The notes beneath the pieces were generated by a model that was given only the letters and a program-made list of their open reading frames with translations, searched no databases and was not told the DNA's origin. From NCBI GenBank assembly GCA_951406725.2, contig OX597817.1, forward strand, positions 162,254,001-162,318,000: DNA of 64,000 nucleotides, given 5' to 3'. The DNA comes from Octopus vulgaris (Eukaryota). The position numbers were made by a program, and so were the translations under genes. This document shows, piece after piece, positions 39,255-53,648 of this stretch (its first letter is position 1; every line of letters starts with the position of its first letter).

Positions 39255-39574
39255 CATATATTGAGCTTGTATTTAAAAACAAGACGGTTTAGCAACTACT
39301 TTCGGTGCAGTTGATGCTTGAATGAGCATGAGCATTTAGAAAAAAAAAAAAGACAGAGAGAAATCAAGATAATTAACTTCACACTAAATATAATGAATAC
39401 CAAAAATGATATAAACCAACAATAGAATATGTTGTGATATGCCTGATGGTTTCTTCTTAATTTCCGCTAAGATGTATTTTGTAACATGCAGACATGGAGA
39501 GAAAATCTCGCTTCTGGTATTTATACAGTCACTGGAGATTCCTAAGGTTTTTCAAAGGATAGTTTTCCAAGGTG

Positions 39575-39886
39575 CTTTGCTTAGTGGTTAGGGTATTCGG
39601 CGCACGGCCATAAGGTCGTGAGCTCAATTCCCGGCGGAGCGTTGTGTTCTTGAGCAAGACATTTATTTCAGGTTGCTCCAGTTCACTCTTCTGGCAAAAA
39701 TGAGTTGTACTTGTAATTCAAAAGGGCCAGCATTGTCACATTCTGTGTCACGTTGAATCTCCCCGAGAACTGTGTTAAAGGTATGCGTGTTTATGGGAGT
39801 GCTCAGCTACATGCAGGTCAATTTCACGAGCTGAGTGTTCCGTTGATCGGATCAGCTGGAACACTCGCCATCGTAACCGACCAGTG
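39575..39886 (+). mobile_element. SINE family D
   Basis: tRNA-like head, CTTGAGCAAGACA.TTATTTCA.GTTGCTCCAG middle, B-type tail. Confidence 0.85.
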
Positions 39887-40429
39887 TGTCAGAAAACAGA
39901 AGGAAAAAAAAAAGTAGATATGTACGTAAATATTCTTTTTATTCTTTTACTTGTTTCAGTCATTTTGACTGCGGCCATGCTGGAGCACCGCCTTTAGTCG
40001 AGCAAATCGACCCCCGGGACTTATTCTTTGTAAGCCCAGTACTTATTCTATCGGTCTCTTTTGCCGAACCGCTAGGTGACGGGGACGTAAACACACCAGC
40101 ATCGGTTGTCAAATATGTATGTATGCATGTGTGTATGTATGTATGTATGTATGTATGTATGTATGTGTGTATGTATGTATGTATGTATATATGTATGTAT
40201 GCATGTGTGTATGTGTGTATGTATGTATGAGTATGTGTATGTGTGTATGTATGTATGTATGTATGTATGTATATATGTATGTATGTGTGTATGTATGTAT
40301 GTGTGTGTATGTATGTACGTATGTATGTACCTACGTACGTATGTATGTGTGTATGTATGTATGCCTCTCTCAATCTCCGCTCTCGCTTTCTTTCTCTCTC
40401 TCTCTCTCTCTACATAAGTATATATACAT

Positions 40430-40481
<52 letters not shown>

Positions 40482-40528
40482 ATGTGTGTGCGTGTGTGCT
40501 TGTATTTGTCTGTGAGTGGAATAAAGAG

Positions 40529-40577
<49 letters not shown>

Positions 40578-40904
40578 ACAGAGTGAGTCTGATTATGAAT
40601 AGTAATACTGCGTTTCCTTCGCTGGTCTTTCCAGTTTATTCAGTTCACAAGATGTCTCTTCTGTGTCTGTCTATGTCTTTTGGCAACGTATCATTCGCCT
40701 TCTTCCACCCACCCCCCACCACCACCATCACCTGCCATTCTTACTCTTCTAATACCCCCCCCCCCCCTACAGCAACAGACACTGTGTCTCATCTTCTTAA
40801 ATCACGCTTCTCTCTGCCGATCGCCAATCGCTCGTTGCATTTTCATCTTGGAAAACACACCCACACGAACATTTGCCACACGAACACATGCCCCCCTATA
40901 CTCG

Positions 40905-40967
<63 letters not shown>

Positions 40968-41537
40968 ACGTACGTACGCACGCACATACGCACACAAACA
41001 CTCATATAAGCACATGTATCAACATACATACATACATACATACATACACGCAAAGACACATTCTTATATATTTAAATGCACAAGCATGACATAGCTGTAA
41101 ATTCATTCATTCATATACCTTTTATAGGCTTTGGCAATCTAAATCACGGTGTGAACCACAGGATTCTCTATACATATTGAACTGACAAAAACAATTCGCA
41201 AGTTTCACCTGGTTTTACCGGCTCATCAGAAGTGCTTACTTCATCCGGTGAAATAAGCACTCTTAGGAGACAGTAATTTACATCTACTTTCGGAAAAAGT
41301 GTTCAGTGGCAGACACTGCTTTTGCTCATTGCATATCAGTATATTCCTTGGCAATGCTTGTTAATTAACTAAAGTGCTGAGGCAGTACCTGTGTTAAGAA
41401 AATGTAAATAAATTCATATGCATCTATACTTATAATAAAGAACGTTGCTTATTGATTTAGCTTGAGTATGTAACTTTTACAACAAGAAAACAATTATGAA
41501 TGCCTACACTGTCCAGCAAATTCTTAAAAGTACATTT

Positions 41538-41599
<62 letters not shown>

Positions 41600-41857
41600 G
41601 TATGTATATATATATATATTTAAAAAAACTATTAGCCAAATATGTATAATATCGGTACTTATTAATATTAATATATACACTGATATATATTTTGTTTTAT
41701 TTTGTTCTGTTTACCTTCCTTTATTGTACCAATGAGTATTATATTATATAAGTGTAGCATTATGATGTATAAGTTTTTATATTTTACATTTTTATATTTT
41801 TATATTTATATGTATATGGTTATATAATATTTTTCACAATTATAACAAATTTAATTT

Positions 41858-41975
41858 AATTCTCTGAAGAGGCCGTGGGGCATCCTTGTTAATACCTCAT
41901 TTATACCTGCCTTTATGGCTTATAGGTTAAATGAGGTATGACTGCCCTCACTGCCGAAACAGCTGTCAGTTTTGA
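41858..41975 (+). ncRNA. Hammerhead ribozyme motif with ~85-nt stem II
   Basis: CTGAAGA-GGC...ATACCTCATTTA...TAAATGAGGTAT...GCC-GAAA-CAGCTG-TC; lies in an AT-rich segment between (TA)n tracts. Confidence 0.7.
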
Positions 41976-42162
41976 TTTAATTGCATATTATATTTGAAAT
42001 TTTTTACTTATATCTCTTTATCTTTTTACTATTACTGTATATCTCATTTTGTATAATGCCTTTACTCATATGTAATGGTGTATTAAAGTATTGATTGGGT
42101 ATCATCGGATAGTTGATGTTTTATTGATTTAAGTATGTTTCTCCATTCTCTAATTTTGTAGT

Positions 42163-42221
<59 letters not shown>

Positions 42222-42656
42222 TGTATGTATGTATGTATACGAGCACCCCACCCCCCCCGCGTCCAATGGACGGTGCTGAGTTGTCAAACATTTAAACCAA
42301 ATTTTCTCTCTTTGAGAAACACTGATTTAACCTAAATTTGAGACACCAGCAAAAGAAGAAATAAAGATAGACTTTCTTTTCTATTCCAAAGAAAAACGAT
42401 TTTATTCGCACAAATATGCAACCGAAGAGTTTAAAGTACCAGTAATGATACTGGGAGAACACAAACATGGTTTAAACAGTAAGCTTAGCAGGAAAGAAAC
42501 GTGCTTTTAAGCAGTACGAAAGCACCAAAAAAAATGAAGGTGCAGTTATGTACAGGTTGACGGAAGAAAAGCAGGACAAAAACGGCTTTATCAATCACAT
42601 TCTCGCCTGGAATCGATTTTTGTAATTTTTTCAAGACTTATACACGCCCTGATACC

Positions 42657-42880
42657 TATTTCTTTATTACCCACAAGGGGCTAAACACAGAGGGGACAAA
42701 CAAGGACAGACATAGGTATTAAGTCGATTACATCGACCCCAGTGCGTAACTGGTACTTAATTTATCGACCCCGAAAGGATGAAAGGCAAAGTCGACCTCG
42801 GCGGAATTTGAACTCACAACGTAACGCAGACGAAATACCGCTAAGCATTTCGCCCGGCGTGCTAACGTTTCTGCCAGCTC
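42657..42880 (-). mobile_element. SINE family C (near full)
   Basis: 14-bp TSD CACGCCCTGATACC at 42643-42656 and 42881-42894. Confidence 0.92.
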
Positions 42881-43349
42881 CACGCCCTGATACCGTCGGT
42901 ATCTACATATCAAATTTGAGCGCAATCGGGTGGAGGATGCCCGAGATCCCAGAAGACACAGATACAGACAGACAGAACGGATTTTATATAATAGATTTAT
43001 ATATATAATTTTTTATTAAGATGTGGTTTTTCAAGTTGCTTTTATTATTGAGGATTTTTAACTACAAAAAAAATCAATTTTAATTCACTGCGAGGTAGCG
43101 TTTTATTTACTCTGCGAAATGGTTATTTCCGCCTTGTCTTTTCTCCTTCTCTCATACACTTCATCATGCCACTTTCTACAGATGTATCAGCAAAAGCATT
43201 TTTCCAAACTATAAGTTTAATCCAGCGCCAGCTAAATTATGTTGATTCCAGTAAACTTTCATGTGTGTGGCGGTGCAATTGAATGCTTTTAAGGAAGAAA
43301 AGTGATATTAATTTACTTACATCAATTGTACCGAATATAAACTTGTACA

Positions 43350-43521
43350 TACGTGGTGATGCTGAAAAGTTCCCGGCTTTGGGTAACAAAAAATACAGGC
43401 GGATCCGTTAAGATTTTACACAATATATTCCTCTTTCTGTAAAGGAATTTGGAAGGTTGGACCTCCATCCAGGTCTTTCACGATACCCTAAAGCCAGAAA
43501 ATTTTCAGCACCCACCTCGTA
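43350..43521. mobile_element. mariner-type MITE
   Basis: TA-flanked imperfect TIRs TACGTGGTGATGCTGAAAAGTTCCCGGCTTTGGGTA / TACCCTAAAGCCAGAAAATTTTCAGCACCCACCTCGTA. Confidence 0.7.
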
Positions 43522-43919
43522 TATATAGCCTCGCTGTGCACATAATAGGTCTTACTGAAGATTTGTAGGTCAACGACTGTTCAGAGATTTTTTTTTTTAT
43601 TGTTATTCGAGGATGAGAAGGCACATTAGACCGCCAGGTTTAAAACTATTTCTCGATACACAAGTGTTTTTAGCAGAAATCGTTTGCATTGCAATCATTC
43701 GAGCTAGGCTTTGCCGCAGAGGTCTATCGTGACTACACGGCACACTAACACCTTCTGCACTTTATATCATAAATCAACTGGACATTTTTTTCTTTTGTCT
43801 GGTCTAACATCCGTGAATACCGATCCGTCTTAATCCTCACACAGTACCTTTTACTAATACATAAAACATCCATTTTGTTCTTCAGGACACTTACTTATCC
43901 CTCAAATTTTACACCAAGT

Positions 43920-44385
43920 CCATCATGGACGCCGCTCGGGCTCGAACGATTGGCCGTTATGTAAACCTCCTCGAGGAATGTGAAGACGCAGGCTGGAAAG
44001 CTGAGCATTTTCCAATCGAAGTCGGATGTAGAGGGTTTGTTGGACACAGTGTGAGACGACTGTTGTTATCGTTAGGCCTAACTCATCGATACCACCATGA
44101 CCGATATCCAAATTACAGTGGAGAAGGCTAGCCACTGGATTTGGTTAAAAGAGACGATGAGCGATGGCTAGAAGAATATTGAGCTTTATTTGATAACCAG
44201 TTGATCTAGCAAGCGGGGCCTCATATCAGTGAGGGGGGCCCGGTGCGTATTGATTCCGTCGAGAGGTAGGCCCCGAACGGCGTGCATTCTCTCCAGATGA
44301 CCCCAACATTGCTGGCTTCCGGTATGCGGAGTTTTTGACTGGTAGCACTTGCATGCACAAATTGTTTGCAAAACATCAAGTTACA
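43920..44385 (+). mobile_element. 3' end of an RLE-type (HERO-like) non-LTR retrotransposon
   Basis: RY.NLLEEC..AGW....FPIEVGCRGFVG.S...EKASHWIWLK, a restriction-like endonuclease C-terminus, followed by a 3' UTR. Confidence 0.8.
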
Positions 44386-44422
44386 GTCTTTATTCAAATT
44401 TCATTATGAAAGGCGATGTATA

Positions 44423-44978
44423 TATTTCTTTACTACCCACAAGGGGCTAAACACAGAGGGGACAAACAAGGACAGACAAACGGATTAAGTCGACTACATC
44501 GACCCCTGTGCGTAACTGGTACTTAATTTATCGACCTCGAAAGGATGAAAGGCAAATATTTACTTCTTTATTGCTCACAGGGGGCTAAACATAGAAGGGG
44601 CAAACAAGGACAGACAAACGGATTAAGTTGATTACATCGACCCCAGTGCGTAACTGGTACGTATTTAATCGACCCCGAAAAGGATGAAAGGCAAAGTCAA
44701 CCTCGTCGGAATTTGAACTCAGAACGTAGCAGCAGACGAAATACCTATTTCTTTACTACCCACAAGGGGCTAAACACAGAGAGGACAAACAAGGACAGAC
44801 AAACGGATTAAGTCGATTACATCGACCCCAGTGTGTAACTGGTACTTATTTAATCGACCCCCGAAAGGATGAAAGGCAAAATCGACCTCGGCGGAATTTG
44901 AACTCAGAACGTAACGGCAGACGAAATACGGCTACGCATTTCGCCCGGCGTGCTACCGTTTCTGCCAGCTCGCCGCCT
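44423..44978 (-). mobile_element. SINE family C head-to-tail trimer
   Basis: One full copy followed by two 5'-truncated units. Confidence 0.9.
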
Positions 44979-45419
44979 TTTTGTCTCTTATCCATATTTT
45001 TTTGTTTCCAATCTTTTGTTTCTTATCCATATTTTCTCCCACCTGTACTCGTTTTTGTTTCTCGTGATTTCTGTTGTTCTAGCGTTTTCTCACTGAAAAT
45101 ACATAGAGATACCATCACAGTTTGGGCTAACTTGGTTTTCATGATGTCCATGTCACATCTCACAGCCTTTACACTATTCACAGAGCATTGAGTAGCAATA
45201 ATGACCTCGACAATACGATAACCGGCGCGAATCATCATTATACAGGTAATTCTGGGTTCTAGTCCTCCGTGTCAACTAACATTTTTTTTCAACTGCAACC
45301 TTAATCTTTATGCTCTCCCACGCCGTTGACTGTTCACCGATACATGAAGCTGTTCCTGAAGAAACGGCACATAAGAATCGTCAAATTTAGCCTGAACACC
45401 CTGTAAAAGGAGATATTTT

Positions 45420-45870
45420 GGATCTTTTCGGTTTGAACGACAGTTTTTTCTAGCGGTGTCATATGAAATTGTCACCCATAATTATGAACCTAGTATTGAT
45501 CTATTGCATTTCAATCTGTTTTAGGATTAGGGTTAGAGTTAGGGTTAGTTAAGGTTGGGGTTAGGGTTAGGGGTGGGGGAAGAGTATCTTTTTTCTTCAG
45601 AAATGTAAATAAACCCAATCTGTTTCTTAAACGTGGGACATATTCATACAGCACAGAATGTTTATAACCTCAATACATGTCATTGATTGATTGAAATTGC
45701 AGAAATTGAAGAAAAAAAAACAACAAATATCTTACAAACCATAGAATTTTCTCAATAAAGCCAAGAGAAAAAGATGTTTTATAAACACATTCTACCAGTA
45801 TACGAAGTTTAAAATTTTTTAGTTACCTAGAAATTATGTTAAAAACTACCGTTCAAAACCGAAAAGATCC
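45420..45870. mobile_element. Merlin-like MITE with internal degenerate (TTAGGG)n
   Basis: TIRs GGATCTTTTCGGTTTGAACG.CAGTTTT; exact 8-bp TSD GATATTTT at 45412-45419 and 45871-45878. Confidence 0.85.
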
Positions 45871-45974
45871 GATATTTTTCTCACATACGTTAGAATCATA
45901 TAAATTGTCGTCATTATGTAGAAGTCACGAATTAACAGATAAAAAGCGACAAGAAACATGTTTAATTTATCTGT

Positions 45975-46373
45975 TACTCTTTTACTTGTTTCAGTCATTT
46001 GACTACGGCCATGCTGGAGCACCGCCTTTAGTCGAGCAAATCGACCCCGGGACTTATTCCTTGTAAGCCCAGTACTTATTCTATCGGTATCTTTTGCCGA
46101 ACCGCTAAGTGAGGGGGACGTAAATATACCAGCATCGGTTGTCAAGCAATGCTAGAGGGACAAACACAGACACACAAACATATACACACACATACATATA
46201 TACATATATACGACAGGCTTCTTTCAGTTTCCGTCGACCAAATCCACTCACAAGGCTTTGGTCTGCCCGAGGCTATAGCAGAAGACACTTGCCCAAGATG
46301 CCACGCAGTGGGACTGAACCCGGAACCATGTGGTTGGTTAGCAAGCTACTTACCACACAGCCACTCCTGCGCC
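45975..46373 (-). mobile_element. SINE family A (full)
   Basis: Collinear match. Confidence 0.9.
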
Positions 46374-46564
46374 TATTATTGATGCTATTTAAACAAAACA
46401 GCAAAGGCGAGTCGGCAGCATCGTTAGCATGCCAGATAAAAATACTTGAAGGCGTTTCGTCTGGGTTTTGCGTTCTGAGTTCAAATTTCGCTGATGCTGA
46501 TTTTACTTTTTATCCTTTTTAGAGGTTGATGAAATAATTACCAGTAACGCACTGGCGTCATGTA

Positions 46565-46954
46565 GAAGAAGGAAGCACTCCGTCGGTTACGACGATGAGG
46601 GTTCCGGTTGATCCGAATCAACGGAACAGCCTGCTCGTGAAATTAACGTGTAAGTGGCTGAGCACTCCACAGACACATGCACCCTTAACGTAGTTCTCGG
46701 GGATATTCAGCGTGACACAGAGAGTGACAAGGCCGGCCCCATGAAATACAGGTACAACAGAAACAGGAAGTAAGAGTGAGAGAAAGTTGTGGTGAAAGAG
46801 TACAGCAGGGGATCACCACCATCCCCTGCCAGAGCCTCGTGGAGCTTTTAGGTGTTTTCGCTCAATAAACACTCACAACGCCCGGTCTGGGAATCGAAAC
46901 CGCGATCCTATGACCGCGAGTCCGCTGCCCTAACCACTGGGCCATTGCGCCTCC
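46565..46954 (-). mobile_element. SINE family B inserted in an older C-type SINE (~46405-47030)
   Basis: TSD GGCGTCATGTA at 46554-46564 and 46955-46965. Confidence 0.92.
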
Positions 46955-47139
46955 GGCGTCATGTAATCGTCCGGTCCCTCCCACAAAATTCGAGGTCTTG
47001 TGCCTTAGCAGGAAGGGTCATTATTAGCTCCGTCCTCTCTCCAAAAGAAGCGTATCAGTTATTTACTTCTCGTTTGTCATTGGACTGCGGTCATACTGGA
47101 GCATCGTTTTGAAGTTTTTTAGTGGAACAAATTGACCTC

Positions 47140-47583
47140 TTTTACCCTTTTACTTGTTTCAGTCATTTGACTGCGGCCATGCTGGAGCAACGCCTTTAGT
47201 CGAGCTAATCGACCCCAGGACTTATTCTTTGGAAGCCTAGTACTTATTTTATCGTTCTCTTTTGCCGAACCGCTAAGTTACGGGGACGTAAATACACCAG
47301 CATCGGTTGTGAGGCGATGTTGGGGGGACAAACATATACACATACACACACACATATATATATACATATATGCGACGGGCTTCTTTCAGTTTCCGTCTAC
47401 CAAATCCACTCACAAGGCTTTGGTCGGCCCTGGTGTGTTTACGTCTCCGTAACTTAGCGGTTCGGTAAAAGAGACCGATAGAATAAGTACTAGGCTTACA
47501 AAGTATAAGTCCTTGGGTCAATTTGCTCGACTAAAGGCGGTGCTCCGGCATGGCCACAGTCAAATGACTGAAACTAGTAAAAG
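47140..47583. mobile_element. Two truncated SINE A copies fused head-to-head
   Basis: 47140-47429 minus joined directly to 47431-47583 plus. Confidence 0.85.
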
Positions 47584-48199
47584 CGACAGATAGATAGATC
47601 CGGCTTCCACAGTTTCCGTTAACTAAATTCATTTAGGAGGCATAAGTAGGGCTAGGGCTATAGTAGAAGACATTTTCCTATAGTGCCGCGCTGTGGGACT
47701 GAACCTGAAACCACGTGGCTGCAAGGTGAGCTTCGTAACCACACAACCAGGCCTGACATCTTGTATCCACAGCCTTGGCAACAACGCCTGACTTTCCCGC
47801 ATTTATGAGGGAAACAAAATTTCATACTAGTAGAAGAATTCATTGTGTGAAGTGTCAACTGACCATAATAACGTTTTTTGTTCTTTTCACTTTTTGTTCA
47901 AGTTTATAATTAAACTGCAATACAATGCTTTCAAGGATAAAATTTAACTCCATTTCCTTAGTGTAGCAATTCGAATTTACGAGTGACTCCCTGGCTTCGC
48001 TGATAATTTTACATCCTGTTATGAAAATAACTGAAAAAACATAAAAATTCTGCGTTGTCTTCCCGCTTTTCATTAATGGGACAACATGCCATATACATCA
48101 GAGATTGCTGTACATGTATTTGCGCCTAAGTATCTATACGTGTTTAATGATGCGTGTTGATATATATATTACCAGTGTGTAGCAGTATTTCGTCTGCCA

Positions 48200-48430
48200 G
48201 GGCGACGAGCTGGCAGAATCGTTAGCATGCCGGGCGAAATGCTTAGCAGTATTTCGTCTGCCGCTACGTTCTGAGTTCAAATTCCGCCGAGGTCGACTTT
48301 GCCTTTCATCCTTTCGGAGTCGATTAAATAAGTACCAGTTACACACTGGGTTCCACACACTGTAATCGACTTAATCCCTTTGTCTGTCCTTGTTTGTCCC
48401 TTCTATGCTTAGCTGCCCTGTGGGCAATAA

Positions 48431-48432
<2 letters not shown>
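48200..48432 (+). mobile_element. SINE family C
   Basis: Full head-to-tail match. Confidence 0.88.
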
Positions 48433-48469
<37 letters not shown>

Positions 48470-48936
48470 AGTGTGTGTGTGCGTGTGTGAAAGTGAGTGT
48501 GTACACGTGTGTAAGTCTGTGAGTGTACGTATGTGAAATACTGAGTGTGAGTGACCCTGAATGTGAGTGCGAGTGAGTGTGCGCGAGTCTATGTGTATGC
48601 GTGTGTGTGTGAAGGTGAATGCTTGTATGTTTGGACCACTAATGTGATAATGAGCATGTGACCATATTTATGTGTATTTGCATATATCCATATATCTATA
48701 TATATTTATGTATATTTGGTTATATGTCTGAATGTATTTGACACGAGTATAGAGCGTGTCTGTTTTGCCTGTATGTAGAGTGTGTGCGTATTCCGGTACA
48801 GGCGCATTAAGACAGCAGGCTCTCTCCTCACCCTTCTCTGTATTCCTTTCACTGTCTCTCTCCCTCCATGTGTATGTGTATATATGTGTGTGTAAATGTG
48901 TGAGTATGTGTGTGTATATATATATATATATACACT

Positions 48937-48973
<37 letters not shown>

Positions 48974-49101
48974 CCGACGCCGGTGTGTTAACGTCCCCGT
49001 ACCTTAGCGGTTCGGCAAAAGGGACCGATAAAATTAGTACTAGGCTTACTAAAGGCGGGGCTCCAGCATGACCACAGTCAAATAACTGAAACAAGTAAAA
49101 G

Positions 49102-49177
<76 letters not shown>

Positions 49178-50506
49178 CCGGCTTCCATAGTTTCCGTCAA
49201 CTATATATATATATATATATATATATATTGTGTGTCCACACTTTTATCACAGACCAACGCCTTCTAAGCACAGATGATATTTCACAAACATATAAACGTC
49301 TGTTCAAAAACAGTTTGCAATATCTTCTTTATATTCCATCGTGATAAAAAAAAAAAATTTTTTAAAAGACAAAGGCTTTATCCTTCGAGTTACGTAAGTA
49401 ATTGACATCATTACAGCACAGAGTAGATACTGTGAGAACCACAAAGAATTGGAAATTCAAATACGAAAACCCAAAATACAAGACAGAGATTCTGCGACAA
49501 TCATGCCTGTCCAAACAACATAAATAACATAAGTTAAGGCAGTTCCAAAGAAGATCCGAAAGCTGTTCTTGGTTCTTGTGAGTTTAAAAAGCTGCATTTA
49601 TATTTATCCACATGGTGCGTGAAGGGGAAAAAGAAAATAAAGATAAAGCATTCAATATAAAAACCGTTCTGATCTAAGGGAAGTAACTCTGTCGATATAT
49701 ATATATATATATATATATAAAAGGTTTTATTTACATTTATTCTTAATCTCTGCATTTTGCTGTTAAAGCCGAACATTTTATGAGTTTTTTTCTTTCACTG
49801 GTTTCAGTCAGTGGATTACAGTCCTTATGGGATTTAGTTAATCGTATTAATCCCAAAACTTATTTTACTTAACGTAGATATTTTATTGAGTTGCTAAGCT
49901 GGTCTCTAACATAAAAGGGACGTAACTCAAGACAGCAGTATACGCACACACGCACGCACACACACACAGACACACACACACACACACACACATACACGGG
50001 GGGGGGGCATGCACGTATGCACCAACATAAACATTTCACAAACATAAACACGCACACATACACGCGCACGCACAGAAAAAATAGATAGAGAGAGAGGGAA
50101 GGAGAGAGAGAGGGGGCGAGAAAGAGAGAATAGGGTATTCTTTCGGTTTGTGTGCAAATATTCACATTATTTCTCTCTCTCCTTCTCACTCTCCCCTCTC
50201 TCCCATCTCCCTCACCGTCTCCCTCTTTCTCTCCTCCGTGTCACTCCCTTTCCCCATTTCTCCCCTCCACGACTCTCTCTGGAAGAAATTAGGTCAAAAC
50301 TAGGCAGGAATGGTCTCTTCCTGGTTTAAAATACTCAAAACAAGCCTCTGTTATGTTGCTTTCTCCATTAGGGGTTAAAGGCTCAATCCCATCTCTGCTA
50401 AGTTCACCGTCATCAATTCACCGTTGGGAAAGTTCATGGTCTTTTTTCAATAAAATAGTTTGTAACTATTAATGGTGAGATAATACGGAATATACTTTCT
50501 CGATAT

Positions 50507-51985
<1,479 letters not shown>

Positions 51986-52246
51986 ACTTTTCTTGCAGTG
52001 AAGTTTCCACATGGTGAACTTTCTTCATGGTGAATTGATGGCAGTGAACTTACCTGTAATTGCCCAAACCAAGTCATATACATGTAAATATATAAATGTA
52101 CAAAGAAGCTTGCATACCAACTATATGTTTCTGGGTTTTTACTTGCCACCCTGGGCAAATGTTTTTTTCGATAGCCTTAGGCCCACCAAATCTTTGTGAG
52201 TGTAGTGAATTTGGTAGATGGGAAATGAAAGAAGCATGCCCTATAA

Positions 52247-52303
<57 letters not shown>

Positions 52304-52399
52304 CATATATATATACATACATATATATATATGTATATATATATACATACATACATATATATTTATATATATATATATATATATATACATACATATATA

Positions 52400-52998
52400 C
52401 TGGAGTAAGCACATAAATGTGAAACAAGGTGTAAAAAAAAGTACTCAAATAGCAGAGGTAGAGTAATATGCTTTATTTAAAAGCAGCAGAAATATAGCAA
52501 AAGCTGTTACTCAGAGTTTCACATGCCCATTTGTCGGGAATACAAAAATTGGGACAAGAACGCAAAACATCCAGACAGTTAGATGATGCAAAAAAGGGAC
52601 AATAAATCATCCAGACAGATGATACAAAAAGGAATGAAAAAAAAACAAGGATGGGGTCATTTGGAATTTTCTTTCCTCAGTCGAGTTCCACATTATCTTT
52701 GCAATTTCAGCTGGTTATACTCGAGATTGGTCCAATCTGGCCAGCAGCGAATGAAAGCAGCGAATGTATTCGCTGCTTTCTTCCAAGGAATCTAGTGCTC
52801 TTAGCTTAGTTTTTTTGCTTTGGGGCTGGCCAGATTGGAGCTATCTCGAGTATAACCAGCCGAAATTGCAAAGATAATCTGGAACTCGACTGAGGATAGA
52901 AAACTCCAAATGACCCCATCCTTGTTTTTTCTTGTCCCTTTTTTTGTATCATCTAACTGTCTGGATGTTTTGGATTCTTGTCCCATTTTTTGTATTCC
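52400..52998. mobile_element. Composite of Penelope-like fragments including a fold-back (52538-52745 / 52825-52998)
   Basis: Inverted arms; homology to 2215-2430 and 4737-4850. Confidence 0.65.
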
Positions 52999-53196
52999 TT
53001 TTTATATACATATGGCAGCACACGTACACTTTGGCCTCTTATATATATGTGTATGTGTGTGTGTGTGTGTTTTATACTCAACATACCCTGAGGATTTCCT
53101 GAGGTAGACCCAGTGACAATTGTGTAATCATCATGAATGAAGCTAGGTAGCCGTAGACAGTGAATATGGCATACTACTACAGATATACCTAACATG

Positions 53197-53366
53197 CAGG
53201 AGTGGCTGCGTGGTAAGCAGCTTGCTTGCCAACAACATGGTTCTGGGTTCAGTCCCACTGCATGGCACCTTGGACAAGTGTCTTCTACTTTAACCTCAGG
53301 CCAACCAAAGCATTGCGAGTGGATTTGGTAGATGGAAACTGAAAGAAACCTGTCATGCGTGCGTGT

Positions 53367-53441
<75 letters not shown>

Positions 53442-53648
53442 TGTGTGTGTGTGTATGGTTGTGTGTCTCTGTTTGTCCCCCACCACCATCACTTGACAAC
53501 TGATGTTGGTGTGTTTACGTCCCCATAACTTAGTGGTTCAGGAAAAGAGACAGATAGAATAAGTTCTGGGGTTGATTTGTTCAACTAAAGGCGGTGCTCC
53601 AGCATGTCTGCAGTCAAATGACTGAAACAAGTAAAAGAGAGTAAAGAG
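53197..53648 (+). mobile_element. SINE family A
   Basis: Collinear match. Confidence 0.88.

Noticed and set aside
45521-45572. Telomere or chromosome-fusion scar
   Set aside because: Short, degenerate and enclosed within a TIR/TSD-defined MITE
52855-52915. Type-II hammerhead (GAAA upstream of CTGAGGA; similar order at ~2295-2335 and ~34755-34800)
   Set aside because: Could not form stem II or place a UH cleavage site by eye
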